DNA of 64,000 nt, taken from a virus (Duplodnaviria > Caudoviricetes). Of the stretch, positions 38,467 through 47,349 are shown one piece after another. Positions within the stretch are counted from its first letter, which is position 1; the number at the start of each line of letters is the position of its first letter. The stretch lies in IMG/VR virus record IMGVR_UViG_3300028048_003124, one strand, 5' to 3'. The position numbers and the translations under genes are program-made. The notes beneath the pieces were generated by a model that saw only the letters and a program-made list of their open reading frames with translations, was not told the DNA's origin and did not search any database.

Positions 38467-39780
38467 ATGTCAGACAAATTAACTCTAAGAATTGAGGGTA
38501 TGCTAAGTTTTATAGATATGAATGGCGAATCTGGTTTTGATGATTCAAAGGTAGAGGAGCTAGAGTCTATTATCCTTGAGTGCAACTCTAATATGTCAGG
38601 AACTGCTACAAATGCAGTTGCAGATAGTATCTATGACACTCTTTATGATATGTTAAAGATGGTAGCTCCTGAAAGCAAGGTATTAAGCGAGATTTGGGAA
38701 GATGATGGGGAGATTTCTGAGTATACTGATTTACTCATAAAGAATCCTATGATGTCTATTGAGACAGCGAAATCATATTCATGCAAGGCTTTATCTAATT
38801 TCATAGCCAGAATGCCCGAAGAAACGGGGTACTTTGCTTCTTATAAGATCAATGGTCACGGTATCAGGGTAGTATATAAAAATGGAGAGCTTGTGTCTGC
38901 AACAAGTAGAGCTAGAAGTTCAGCAGGAAGAGACCTAACGCATCATATGAGGGTTTTGTTAGGCGATAGGAATGATAGTTTAGCTGAGTATGATCTTGTT
39001 GAGTTGAGAGGTGAACTATGCTTACCTGTTAATAAGTTAGATGATGCTAGAAGTTTCAATGCAGGTTTGAAGTCTGCATTTTCTGCTGTATCTTCTCTGA
39101 TAAGACCGTCAGCGACTGATGAGGAAATTTCTTTGTTGGATTTCCTTTGCTATGGTTTTATCATGGATGGTGTGTCTTTTGATACAAGAGAAGATGAGTT
39201 TCAACAGATTGAGTCTGTTGGTTTTACTACTCCGCAGTATCTACTCATTGAGTCTACTAACAAAGATGAGTTACTAGCGGTCATCAAGGACGTTGTTACT
39301 GCTTTTGAAGAGCAGTATGAAGAGTTTGGCTACTTCTGCGATGGTGTTGTATTTGAGTGCAACGACAGGGGCTTGTTTGCAGAGCTAGGTACAGAAGGAA
39401 ACCATAATAATGGTAACATTGCTCTTAAAGTAGGAGTTTGGGAGCAAGTAAGCTACAGTGGGTATGTCCAGAAGATACTGTGGACTAGGGGTAAGACTAA
39501 ACTTTCACCTGTTGCTATTGTTGCAGATAATGCCGATATGATGATAGAGGACGATAGTGGTGAAATCGTAAACTGGGATGATTTAGGAGTTTTAACAGCT
39601 CAGGGTAATAAGGTCAGAAGAGTACCTTTGTATGAGCCAAAGAATATTCTTATTCTTGATGCGTATCCAGGTGAGGTTATATACTTTAGATACGGCGGAG
39701 AAGCTGGAGTTGTGCCTTGTTTCCCAGATGGAAGGCTTCTAAAAGAAGATGCAGCTTTAGACATCTTGTTGGGTGAATAA
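38467..39780 (+). CDS. ligA: NAD-dependent DNA ligase N-terminal half (Ia, adenylation, OB domains)
   Basis: ADSIYDTL (Ia), PMMSI, motif I YKING, ATSR...GRD.T, ELRGE, DGVV, IALK, TKLSPVA; lacks Zn finger/HhH/BRCT. Confidence 0.88.
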   Translation: MSDKLTLRIEGMLSFIDMNGESGFDDSKVEELESIILECNSNMSGTATNAVADSIYDTLYDMLKMVAPESKVLSEIWEDDGEISEYTDLLIKNPMMSIETAKSYSCKALSNFIARMPEETGYFASYKINGHGIRVVYKNGELVSATSRARSSAGRDLTHHMRVLLGDRNDSLAEYDLVELRGELCLPVNKLDDARSFNAGLKSAFSAVSSLIRPSATDEEISLLDFLCYGFIMDGVSFDTREDEFQQIESVGFTTPQYLLIESTNKDELLAVIKDVVTAFEEQYEEFGYFCDGVVFECNDRGLFAELGTEGNHNNGNIALKVGVWEQVSYSGYVQKILWTRGKTKLSPVAIVADNADMMIEDDSGEIVNWDDLGVLTAQGNKVRRVPLYEPKNILILDAYPGEVIYFRYGGEAGVVPCFPDGRLLKEDAALDILLGE

Positions 39781-39790
39781 CTAATAAAGA

Positions 39791-40534
39791 TTGGCGGTTG
39801 TAATTATGTATAGAGAGGTAAGTGAGATACCAAACACTATTGCTAAGAATACTTTTCTTGTCTTAGAGAGGATAATTAAGTCTAATGGAGTTAGTGGAAA
39901 TTTTAAGGGACCTTTTACCTTTGGTATAAATGATAACAAGGATTTTGTAATGAATCTCTCATATACAAAAGAGGTGAAAAAGTTTTCAACACCGCTATCT
40001 TTTGAAAGAGTGGAGTATCTGTTATACAGTGATGTAAGGGAGATTGTATACGAATGCGGTTTAGATGTAGAGAAGTCTTTCTCTGATGGAAAGATTAGAG
40101 ATAACTTATGGGAGTGTATAAGCTATATAAGAAAAAACTCCCCTCAAGGAAGGGTACATGGATATGTAGTTTTCGGAGAGGTAAGTTCTACAGTAAAACC
40201 GACGAGCATAATCCTAAGATCTGGATACTTCCTTAACGCTGAGAATGTTAGTAATAACGGCAATAGCCTGTGGTTATATTTAAGAGAGATTGGTGATAAA
40301 AAGATTGAGAAGATCTCTTACTATCCTGATACTGGAGAATTACTTGTACACGGTAGGGGTAGATGTGCTTCTGTAGAGTTTTATAGAAAAGGAATTTATG
40401 CCTACAAAAAACTAAAGAAGCTGTTTCTAAACGATTTCTGCTGTTTAGGGTATAGAATGGTTGTGTTTAACCGAAAAAACAATAAGTTTTCTACGCTAGA
40501 TGTACCCAGAAAGAGGGGTAAGTCTGCGGTATAA
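39791..40534 (+). CDS. Hypothetical protein
   Basis: 247-aa ORF; true start may be a few codons downstream. Confidence 0.65.
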   Translation: MAVVIMYREVSEIPNTIAKNTFLVLERIIKSNGVSGNFKGPFTFGINDNKDFVMNLSYTKEVKKFSTPLSFERVEYLLYSDVREIVYECGLDVEKSFSDGKIRDNLWECISYIRKNSPQGRVHGYVVFGEVSSTVKPTSIILRSGYFLNAENVSNNGNSLWLYLREIGDKKIEKISYYPDTGELLVHGRGRCASVEFYRKGIYAYKKLKKLFLNDFCCLGYRMVVFNRKNNKFSTLDVPRKRGKSAV

Positions 40535-40603
40535 TGCTTTAACTCTTACTTTTAGTAGAGTTGCATTTAAAAATGTAAGAAAACAGGTAATTTAAGACAG
40601 TCT

Positions 40604-41338
40604 TTGTATGAGGCTGTCTTATTGTTTAGTCTTATTTTTCTAGAGTTACTCTGTAGTTTTTGGAAGTGGTTTGTTTTGGGCAAGACAAAAGTAACCTTAA
40701 AAAGTAAAGAAGAGATTGCTATGCAAGAGTACCAAGACTTATATGATGAGGAAGGTAATTTTATAGAGTCCGAGTACGACAAGCTAACATCAGATACCAA
40801 ATGTACAAAGAAGAGTACTAATTTCATAGTAGAGTTGCTAAAAATGTCTTTAATAATTATTTTACTGTGTGGTATATTTTTCTCTTTATTTGTAAATGCT
40901 GAGATACCAAGTGAGTCAATGGAACCAACAATAAACGTAGGAGATAGGATACTAGGTTTTCGTTGGTTTAAAGATATAACTCGTGGGGATATAGTAATAT
41001 TTCATTCTCCTGATAATGGAAAACTTTTTATCAAAAGGGTAATAGGCTTGCCAGGAGATCATATTTCAATAGATAGAGGTTTTGTAAAAATAAACGGTGA
41101 GGTTATAGATGAACCGTGGTTGCCTGTAGATGTTGTTGGTCAGACTTTTTATGACGGTGATAAAGATATAGGTGAGGTTCCAAACAATTGTTATTTCGTA
41201 CTAGGGGATAACAGGACAAACTCACATGATAGTCGATACTTTAGTACAACATGGGTTGAGAGGAAAGCTATTGTTGCTAAGGCTGTTTGTAGGTATTTTC
41301 CTTTTAATAAGATGTGTACTTTTACTAAGGAGGGTTAA
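40604..41338 (+). CDS. lepB: Signal peptidase I
   Basis: IPSESMEPT, RGDIVIF, FIKRVIGLPGD, GDNRTNSHDSR; TM segment before the catalytic Ser. Confidence 0.92.
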   Translation: MYEAVLLFSLIFLELLCSFWKWFVLGKTKVTLKSKEEIAMQEYQDLYDEEGNFIESEYDKLTSDTKCTKKSTNFIVELLKMSLIIILLCGIFFSLFVNAEIPSESMEPTINVGDRILGFRWFKDITRGDIVIFHSPDNGKLFIKRVIGLPGDHISIDRGFVKINGEVIDEPWLPVDVVGQTFYDGDKDIGEVPNNCYFVLGDNRTNSHDSRYFSTTWVERKAIVAKAVCRYFPFNKMCTFTKEG

Positions 41339-41341
41339 TAT

Positions 41342-41770
41342 ATGAATTATAAGGTGAGTGTATACGCAGGAAGACCAGAGGGCAAGAGATGTTATTTATT
41401 AGAAGTAGATGGTAGGCGTGTGTCAGAGAAGGTAAGTACTTTCAAGGGTGACAATATAAAAGAAAATGCCTTAGAGTGTGTACTTCAGGGGTTGACAGCT
41501 TGTAAGCCTTTGGTAACTCATCATGATTATGTTGTTGTAGAGGTTCAGAACAGGCATTTAAATGATTGGCTAAATGATTTCAGCCAATCAACAGGGTATG
41601 AAAACTATGATAACATATTAGACAAGATCTTTGAGGTTTTAGATAACCTTGATTGCAGATACAAGTTTGTATTTGTAAAGAACTCGTATGTAAAAAAGTT
41701 TTTACATACTGCTAAGTTGTCTGAGGTAAAGGTTAGTAGTGTAGACAGTTTAATGAGTGAGTTTAAGTAA
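41342..41770 (+). CDS. Degenerate RNase H-like fold protein
   Basis: N..E.VLQGL, V.VEVQN.HL..W pattern as in RNase HI; catalytic acidic residues not clearly retained. Confidence 0.4.
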   Translation: MNYKVSVYAGRPEGKRCYLLEVDGRRVSEKVSTFKGDNIKENALECVLQGLTACKPLVTHHDYVVVEVQNRHLNDWLNDFSQSTGYENYDNILDKIFEVLDNLDCRYKFVFVKNSYVKKFLHTAKLSEVKVSSVDSLMSEFK

Positions 41771-41796
41771 CTAATTTATTTGGAGGTTGTAGTAGC

Positions 41797-43374
41797 ATGA
41801 AGAATACTATTGATGCTATAAAGTATGGTTTAGAGACCTTGGATGTAAGTCCAAAGGAGCTTTTTAAGCTAATAGAATCCTCGAAGGATTACGAGGGTAG
41901 TGACTATAAAAGGTGGCTATCCAGAGAAATAATTGCCCTTGCAGAGAATGATGGAATAGGTTATTCTCAGCTACTTGCAAAGTGGTTTAACTTGATACAG
42001 AATATCATTGACGAGTATGCCGATGGCTCTGTAAAAGAGTTCTTTGCAAACTACATAAAGAATTTATGTTTAGGCGATGTCTACACGGTTGGTATTGAAT
42101 CTGGTGAAGATGGTAGCAACATTTTTGGCAAAAGCGCCGATGAAGAAGATTGGGTATCTAAGGTTGATATGCCTTATAACTATGATTTCTTAGATACCTT
42201 GAGTGAGGATATGTCTACCTCTATAAAAGATGATAATCCTATTACGATTATCTATCGTGGAAATCCTAAAGCTTCTTTTAAAAAGAACTGTGATTTGGTA
42301 GTAGATTCAAAGATTTCGGGTATTCCTGTAAGAAACTATGATGCTTTGTTTCTCTATAGAATGTGTACCATAGTCAGAGCTCTTGGGGATGGTTGTGCTA
42401 ATCTTAGATTTATTTTTATCACAGATACTAAATTTCTTTATTCTAAAGATAATGAAGAAATTATCAAGTACTTACTAACATTCTTTAAATATGATGAGAC
42501 TTCTTGTGTTGTAAACACAAAAGACCTATATGAGGGTTCTTTCACTTCTGAAGATTATGCAGTTTGTATGTTCTCAGTAAGGGGAGAGAGTGACTCATAT
42601 CAGGATGGTATTGTGCTTAAAACCATGGAGATGGTTGATGGAGAATACTCTCAGTCCAAAAAGGCTAAGCGTTATTCTGTTGGTAAGGATATGTTGGAAG
42701 CTCTGTACGAAAAGTACAATGAGGCGGACTATACAGATAATGTACCCCTGCTGAATAGATCAATGGATAGCGTTGTAAGGGCTACCAAGGGTATCAAAAC
42801 AGCTCTTGGGTATATGTGTAAAGGTAATACAGATAGAAGTGTATTTTTATCTTGCTATCCTGTAGAGAATACTAGGTATATTGCAATAACAAAAGATAAT
42901 CTTTATGAGTTAATTGCCTATTATGGAGTAACTCAGTCGATGGATAATGCAGGAATGTTCTTGGGTATCAATGAGATTATAGATGGTCACCCAGATTACA
43001 TGAATTTAGTTTGTAATTGCATACCGATCTTCCTCTTTGATGTGAACAGTAAGTTTTGTAGCATAGGCTCGGTTGTATTGCCAAATGGTAAATCTGCTGT
43101 ACTGCAAAACAGGTTTGATGTTGTTTCATCTAAGGTGGTAACAAAGCTATTAGATGTAGGCTCAGTATATTTTAGTTATGAGGCTAAAGAGTTAATACAG
43201 GTTTGTAAAGGCTTGTTAGACTATTTTAAGGAGAACTTCGGAGAGGACTTAACTGGTCGTACTTTTGAGGAGATTCGTAAGGAAGCTTCTAATGAGAACC
43301 TAAATAGGGCTTATCTAAATGCTCTTTCCAGTTGTAAAGAGTTTGTAAGCTCTGCATATAGACAAATGTCATAA
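41797..43374 (+). CDS. Large hypothetical protein, possibly a degenerate DNA methyltransferase-like fold
   Basis: GGAGG RBS; IIYRGNPKAS resembles GNPP; no intact motifs. Confidence 0.6.
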   Translation: MKNTIDAIKYGLETLDVSPKELFKLIESSKDYEGSDYKRWLSREIIALAENDGIGYSQLLAKWFNLIQNIIDEYADGSVKEFFANYIKNLCLGDVYTVGIESGEDGSNIFGKSADEEDWVSKVDMPYNYDFLDTLSEDMSTSIKDDNPITIIYRGNPKASFKKNCDLVVDSKISGIPVRNYDALFLYRMCTIVRALGDGCANLRFIFITDTKFLYSKDNEEIIKYLLTFFKYDETSCVVNTKDLYEGSFTSEDYAVCMFSVRGESDSYQDGIVLKTMEMVDGEYSQSKKAKRYSVGKDMLEALYEKYNEADYTDNVPLLNRSMDSVVRATKGIKTALGYMCKGNTDRSVFLSCYPVENTRYIAITKDNLYELIAYYGVTQSMDNAGMFLGINEIIDGHPDYMNLVCNCIPIFLFDVNSKFCSIGSVVLPNGKSAVLQNRFDVVSSKVVTKLLDVGSVYFSYEAKELIQVCKGLLDYFKENFGEDLTGRTFEEIRKEASNENLNRAYLNALSSCKEFVSSAYRQMS

Positions 43375-43384
43375 GGAGGTATCT

Positions 43385-43564
43385 GTGGTGAAATACTCTT
43401 ACGGTAGAAAAAGAATGAGAGACAATCATTACAAAGATGAAGATTTCTGCGATTACACAGGAGATTTGTGTAAGAAGGTAGAACAGTGTGGTAGCGGTAG
43501 TAATGATGGAGACTGTGTAGGTTGCCCATGTTTTGAAGCTTATGCAATAGGGGATGATTTTTAA
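43385..43564 (+). CDS. Small six-cysteine protein (59 aa, not in ORF track)
   Basis: AAGGAGGT RBS, GTG start, stop overlaps the next ATG; CDYTGDLCKKVEQC...DCVGCPC. Confidence 0.7.
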   Translation: MVKYSYGRKRMRDNHYKDEDFCDYTGDLCKKVEQCGSGSNDGDCVGCPCFEAYAIGDDF

Positions 43565-44532
43565 TGGGTTCTCTAGTAGAGTTAAAAGACCCATCAAAGC
43601 AGGTACATTTGCTATTAGCTTCTTCTAACTTGGCTGAAATATATGTATATGATACTCTTAAAAGTAGATGCAATGCTACGTTAGAGAGTATTATGGATGT
43701 AAACTCTACATCTTCTTTCAAGGCTATGTTAGAGTTAGTAAACATACAGCCAAATCTTGCTGACAAGTGGCTATTCGTAATAGATTATAAGAAGGTTAGA
43801 AGTTTAATAAAGAAAACGATGGGTATCTTTCAATCTGATACATCGGTATTCTTGTTAAAGGTAAATACTTATAAGGATTTTAAAGAGGTAAAAGAGCTTG
43901 ATATAGATTTAAATGATCTTTATCTGGAGACTATAAGAAAACAGGAAGTCCAAAACCTGTTAAGGGGCTATAAGATATCTCCAAAAGTTGTTGACTTTGT
44001 AGCTTCTTCTTATTACAGAGATCCTGAAAAGGTGTTTGCTCTCAGAAAAGAGCTTGATAACGGAGCAGATGTAAATTCGCCAAAAGATGTAACGGCTTTG
44101 TGTGGTGAGAGTCTGGGAAGTGTTCAGAAGTTTGCCATGCAGTTATTAACTGATAAACCGAAAACTGAGATGTTTTTGAAGCGAAGTTATAAGAAACGTG
44201 TAAACGTTCTTTGTGATTTATGTGATACTTTTGGTAGTTCTACCGCTTATAATTATATAAAGGCTGCTGTCAAAGATATTCTCTATATAAAAATGTTGTA
44301 CATGGAGGGTACTATCTATAACCGTATAAGAGAGCTACCTGATTGCTTTGATGAGAAAAAATTATCGAAATATAATCATAGCTTAAGGGATATAGAGTTT
44401 GAGTTACAGTATGTAAAAATACTCCACTTGTATAATCTAATGAGTTCGACAGGAAGATGGAGAAATAGTCAGGATGGGGTATTGTTCTTGTATCAGTATT
44501 ATTTAGAGTTGATACACGTTTGGAATGATTAG
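43564..44532 (+). CDS. DNA polymerase III delta (HolA)-like clamp loader subunit
   Basis: Size about 320 aa; VHLLL...; ELVNIQPNLADKWLFVID resembles the HolA T.PFF..RRLV.V segment; helical C-terminus. Confidence 0.5.
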   Translation: MGSLVELKDPSKQVHLLLASSNLAEIYVYDTLKSRCNATLESIMDVNSTSSFKAMLELVNIQPNLADKWLFVIDYKKVRSLIKKTMGIFQSDTSVFLLKVNTYKDFKEVKELDIDLNDLYLETIRKQEVQNLLRGYKISPKVVDFVASSYYRDPEKVFALRKELDNGADVNSPKDVTALCGESLGSVQKFAMQLLTDKPKTEMFLKRSYKKRVNVLCDLCDTFGSSTAYNYIKAAVKDILYIKMLYMEGTIYNRIRELPDCFDEKKLSKYNHSLRDIEFELQYVKILHLYNLMSSTGRWRNSQDGVLFLYQYYLELIHVWND

Positions 44533-44543
44533 GAGGTTGTATT

Positions 44544-45200
44544 GTGGAAATATTAGCCAGTTGTTCTTTAGAAGATAGTTTAAAGTATGACGGAAGCAAA
44601 CTAGTAATAGACCGTGAAGATGGTGGAAAGCCTGATAAGGTTGTACTAAATATAGTAGTGAGTGACGGTAACGTTGATACACTAAATAATATTAATTCAA
44701 ATGTTAAGTGTGTAACATTTGATACAGATGTTGCAGACTTTTCTGGGGTTGATTTATCTGAAGTTAAGGCAGACATCTTTCAAGAGTATTCTTTGGATGA
44801 TGAAATACACGAAGTAGATGGGGTAACTCCTTTAATAAGAGTACCAGATGGATACTCTAATATGAGAGCTCTTTGGGATGTGTGTAGGCGGCACCCAACA
44901 GCAAGGGTAATTGGGGGTAACTTACTGCAAGTTAGGGGTGTAAACATAGGAAGGTATGCAGCTGGAAAAGATAAAGGCTCTCCTGTGTATAACGGTATAT
45001 ATGATCAGTTCTTAGAAGTACCTCTAATAGAAATCGGAAATCTTCATGAGGTAGTTAAAAAGGCTAGAAAGAAGTTAGAGGGGGTTTCTACAGAAAAGAG
45101 ATCTAAAACTCCTAAAGAGAAGAAACAGGTTGCAAAAAAGAAAGATGTGTCTAAATCTTTTAGTTCGCTTTTTTCTGACATAGAGGAGGAAGATTTCTAA
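44544..45200 (+). CDS. Hypothetical protein
   Basis: AGGAGG RBS; Lys-rich then acidic tail EEEDF. Confidence 0.7.
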   Translation: MEILASCSLEDSLKYDGSKLVIDREDGGKPDKVVLNIVVSDGNVDTLNNINSNVKCVTFDTDVADFSGVDLSEVKADIFQEYSLDDEIHEVDGVTPLIRVPDGYSNMRALWDVCRRHPTARVIGGNLLQVRGVNIGRYAAGKDKGSPVYNGIYDQFLEVPLIEIGNLHEVVKKARKKLEGVSTEKRSKTPKEKKQVAKKKDVSKSFSSLFSDIEEEDF

Positions 45201-45616
45201 TGAGAGTATTTTTGTTTATAGGTTTAGCTGTACTGTTGGCTATAATTGTACTTATTCTTTTACTAAAAGTAATTAAGGGCTTGGTATTAAAGATTGTTGT
45301 AGTAATTGTGGCTGTAATGTTATTCTTTGGCGGTGGTCAGGTTATAAACTTGAATACCTTGTCCCCAAGCGTCGAATCAAAGATATCCGAGGTAACTGAT
45401 AGGGTTGGTAGCAGCTCTATAAAAACCGAAGGAAACAGGGTATTTGTAAAGCTTGATAATGAGTGGTACGATGTATCAAAACTATCTTTAGTTGATAAGA
45501 CTTCTGATAGTATCAAGTTAAGGTATGAAGGAAAAGAAATTTATATAGGTAAATCTGGTGCCTCTAATACTATTAAAGTTCTTGAAGATTTAGGTTTTCT
45601 TGGAAAGGAAAAATAA
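45200..45616 (+). CDS. Membrane protein
   Basis: Two N-terminal hydrophobic segments. Confidence 0.7.
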   Translation: MRVFLFIGLAVLLAIIVLILLLKVIKGLVLKIVVVIVAVMLFFGGGQVINLNTLSPSVESKISEVTDRVGSSSIKTEGNRVFVKLDNEWYDVSKLSLVDKTSDSIKLRYEGKEIYIGKSGASNTIKVLEDLGFLGKEK

Positions 45617-45627
45617 TATAGAGCTTG

Positions 45628-45656
45628 TTGCATTTTACCACTTTTTATGGTAAAAT
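45628..45656 (+). promoter_or_regulatory. SigA-type extended -10 promoter
   Basis: TTGCAT-N17-TAAAAT with TATGG. Confidence 0.8.
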
Positions 45657-45689
45657 ATAATAAATAAAAAATTTATTAGGGGGCTTTCC

Positions 45690-46298
45690 GTGAATTACTT
45701 TAAATATCAAAACTCGAAACCGATGTCTAAGGTGTGGGCGTTATTCAGAGACTTAGGCGATGTACCGCATGATAAGTTAGCAAATCTTTACTCGACAAGT
45801 GATTATTCTCATACGCTTGAGATTGTCAGATCCGCATTAAACGGCTCTATCTCCTTAACGAAAGAGGATATAGATGATTTTAATCTAAAGGCTTATGAAA
45901 TTGCTTGTTCTACTAACGACAAGAACAACAGGCGAAAGATGGCATCCAAGTCATTAAACATTGTTGATGTTGATAGCTCAGAGGACGACATCAGAGTAGG
46001 TTATGGTGAGGTATCTTCAAGAACTTTGGCTTCTATCGAAGATTCATTTGAAGAGGTAATGAGCTCTAAAAACTTTGAAGAAAATATAAGAGAGTTGTAC
46101 GGAATTAGGTCTAAGTACATCATAGAAAAAGGTGTAGACGTGGTAAGTGTCTTAGCCAGCTCACTAAAGGGTATTCCCGAAGCAATTCAGGAGTTGAAAT
46201 CCCTGATGCTGGATACCGTTTTAAAGGATCTTATAACTTCCTTGTGTGAGGATAGCAGGGACGGTGAGCTTTTGAGAAGGCTGGAAACCGTAAACTAA
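45690..46298 (+). CDS. Hypothetical protein (first gene of the polymerase operon)
   Basis: AGGGGG RBS, GTG start. Confidence 0.7.
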   Translation: MNYFKYQNSKPMSKVWALFRDLGDVPHDKLANLYSTSDYSHTLEIVRSALNGSISLTKEDIDDFNLKAYEIACSTNDKNNRRKMASKSLNIVDVDSSEDDIRVGYGEVSSRTLASIEDSFEEVMSSKNFEENIRELYGIRSKYIIEKGVDVVSVLASSLKGIPEAIQELKSLMLDTVLKDLITSLCEDSRDGELLRRLETVN

Positions 46299-46317
46299 AA
46301 TAAAAAAATAAAGCAGG

Positions 46318-47349
46318 TTGCATATGAGATATTATAAGTATGTACGAATGCAAGATCAGGTGTTCGTATTTAGGGTACATAAGGCTGTTCAGGCTTGTAA
46401 AGCAATGGCGATACTAAAGTATAGATCCCGTTGGGAGGATGCTTTAGATGACGCCTACTTTCACATAATTAAGAACTTTGATGATAGTAAAGGTTCTTTA
46501 GAGCATTATGCTATGAGTATTGTAAGCACTATCTACTTGAATAAGTATTCTAAGGAGGTAGGCTCTGAGACGGTACTCGAAATAGAGTCTGAGAGAAAAG
46601 CGATGGAAAGTGTACGAGTTAGTAACCCATATGACGATTTGTTAGACGCTTTAGAGGAAGAGGGTACTGACTACGATGAAGAGATTCATCAATGTATAAA
46701 GTATCTTCTTCCTCTTTTTATTAAGGACTATGAAATGTTTAGGAGTAAAGATAGTTCTGATAGAAAAATGAAGTACAGCGGATTGTTCGATATGTTCTCT
46801 TTTAAGGTCATAAGTTCCGCTGTTAAGATATTAGCAGATGACTATTATGATGATGCCAAGTATATAAATACATTATCTAAAAACTGCCATGTGAAAAACT
46901 TCAAAGAGGATAGGTATAAAAGTAGCTTAGATAAAACTTTATCCTACATCAGCAGAATTGATGACATTGTACGTTGCAAGGCAATAGGGGTAAAAAGGAA
47001 AAAGTATGCTTACCTCATAGATATTGTGGATGTACTATCTAAGATATTCAGTATGTTTTATGATAAGGAAGGCGTAGCCCAGAGAGAGATAGATGGTGTA
47101 CCTATATATTGCTCATTGTCAGGTCAGATACTTTTATCTAAAGATGAGTTATTTGAGACTTTGGAGAGGGAGATAGTAGGTACTCTGTTAGCTTTGAGGA
47201 CTAACTTAAAGGTACTTAACTATGAGAGAGGAAAAGAACTGGTTGTAACGTCAACTAGGGTATACGAACCAGAGGTTATAATTCAGATGTTCCAAGCAGG
47301 AGTTCACATACCGATGAAAAAGTTGATGATAGGAAGGGTAATAAGGTAA
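46318..47349 (+). CDS. Protein with sigma-70 region 2-like N-terminal domain
   Basis: WEDALDDAYFHIIKNFDDSKGSLEHYAMSIV resembles region 2.2-2.4 (DL......FD..KG..F..YA); no region 4 HTH seen. Confidence 0.55.
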   Translation: MHMRYYKYVRMQDQVFVFRVHKAVQACKAMAILKYRSRWEDALDDAYFHIIKNFDDSKGSLEHYAMSIVSTIYLNKYSKEVGSETVLEIESERKAMESVRVSNPYDDLLDALEEEGTDYDEEIHQCIKYLLPLFIKDYEMFRSKDSSDRKMKYSGLFDMFSFKVISSAVKILADDYYDDAKYINTLSKNCHVKNFKEDRYKSSLDKTLSYISRIDDIVRCKAIGVKRKKYAYLIDIVDVLSKIFSMFYDKEGVAQREIDGVPIYCSLSGQILLSKDELFETLEREIVGTLLALRTNLKVLNYERGKELVVTSTRVYEPEVIIQMFQAGVHIPMKKLMIGRVIR

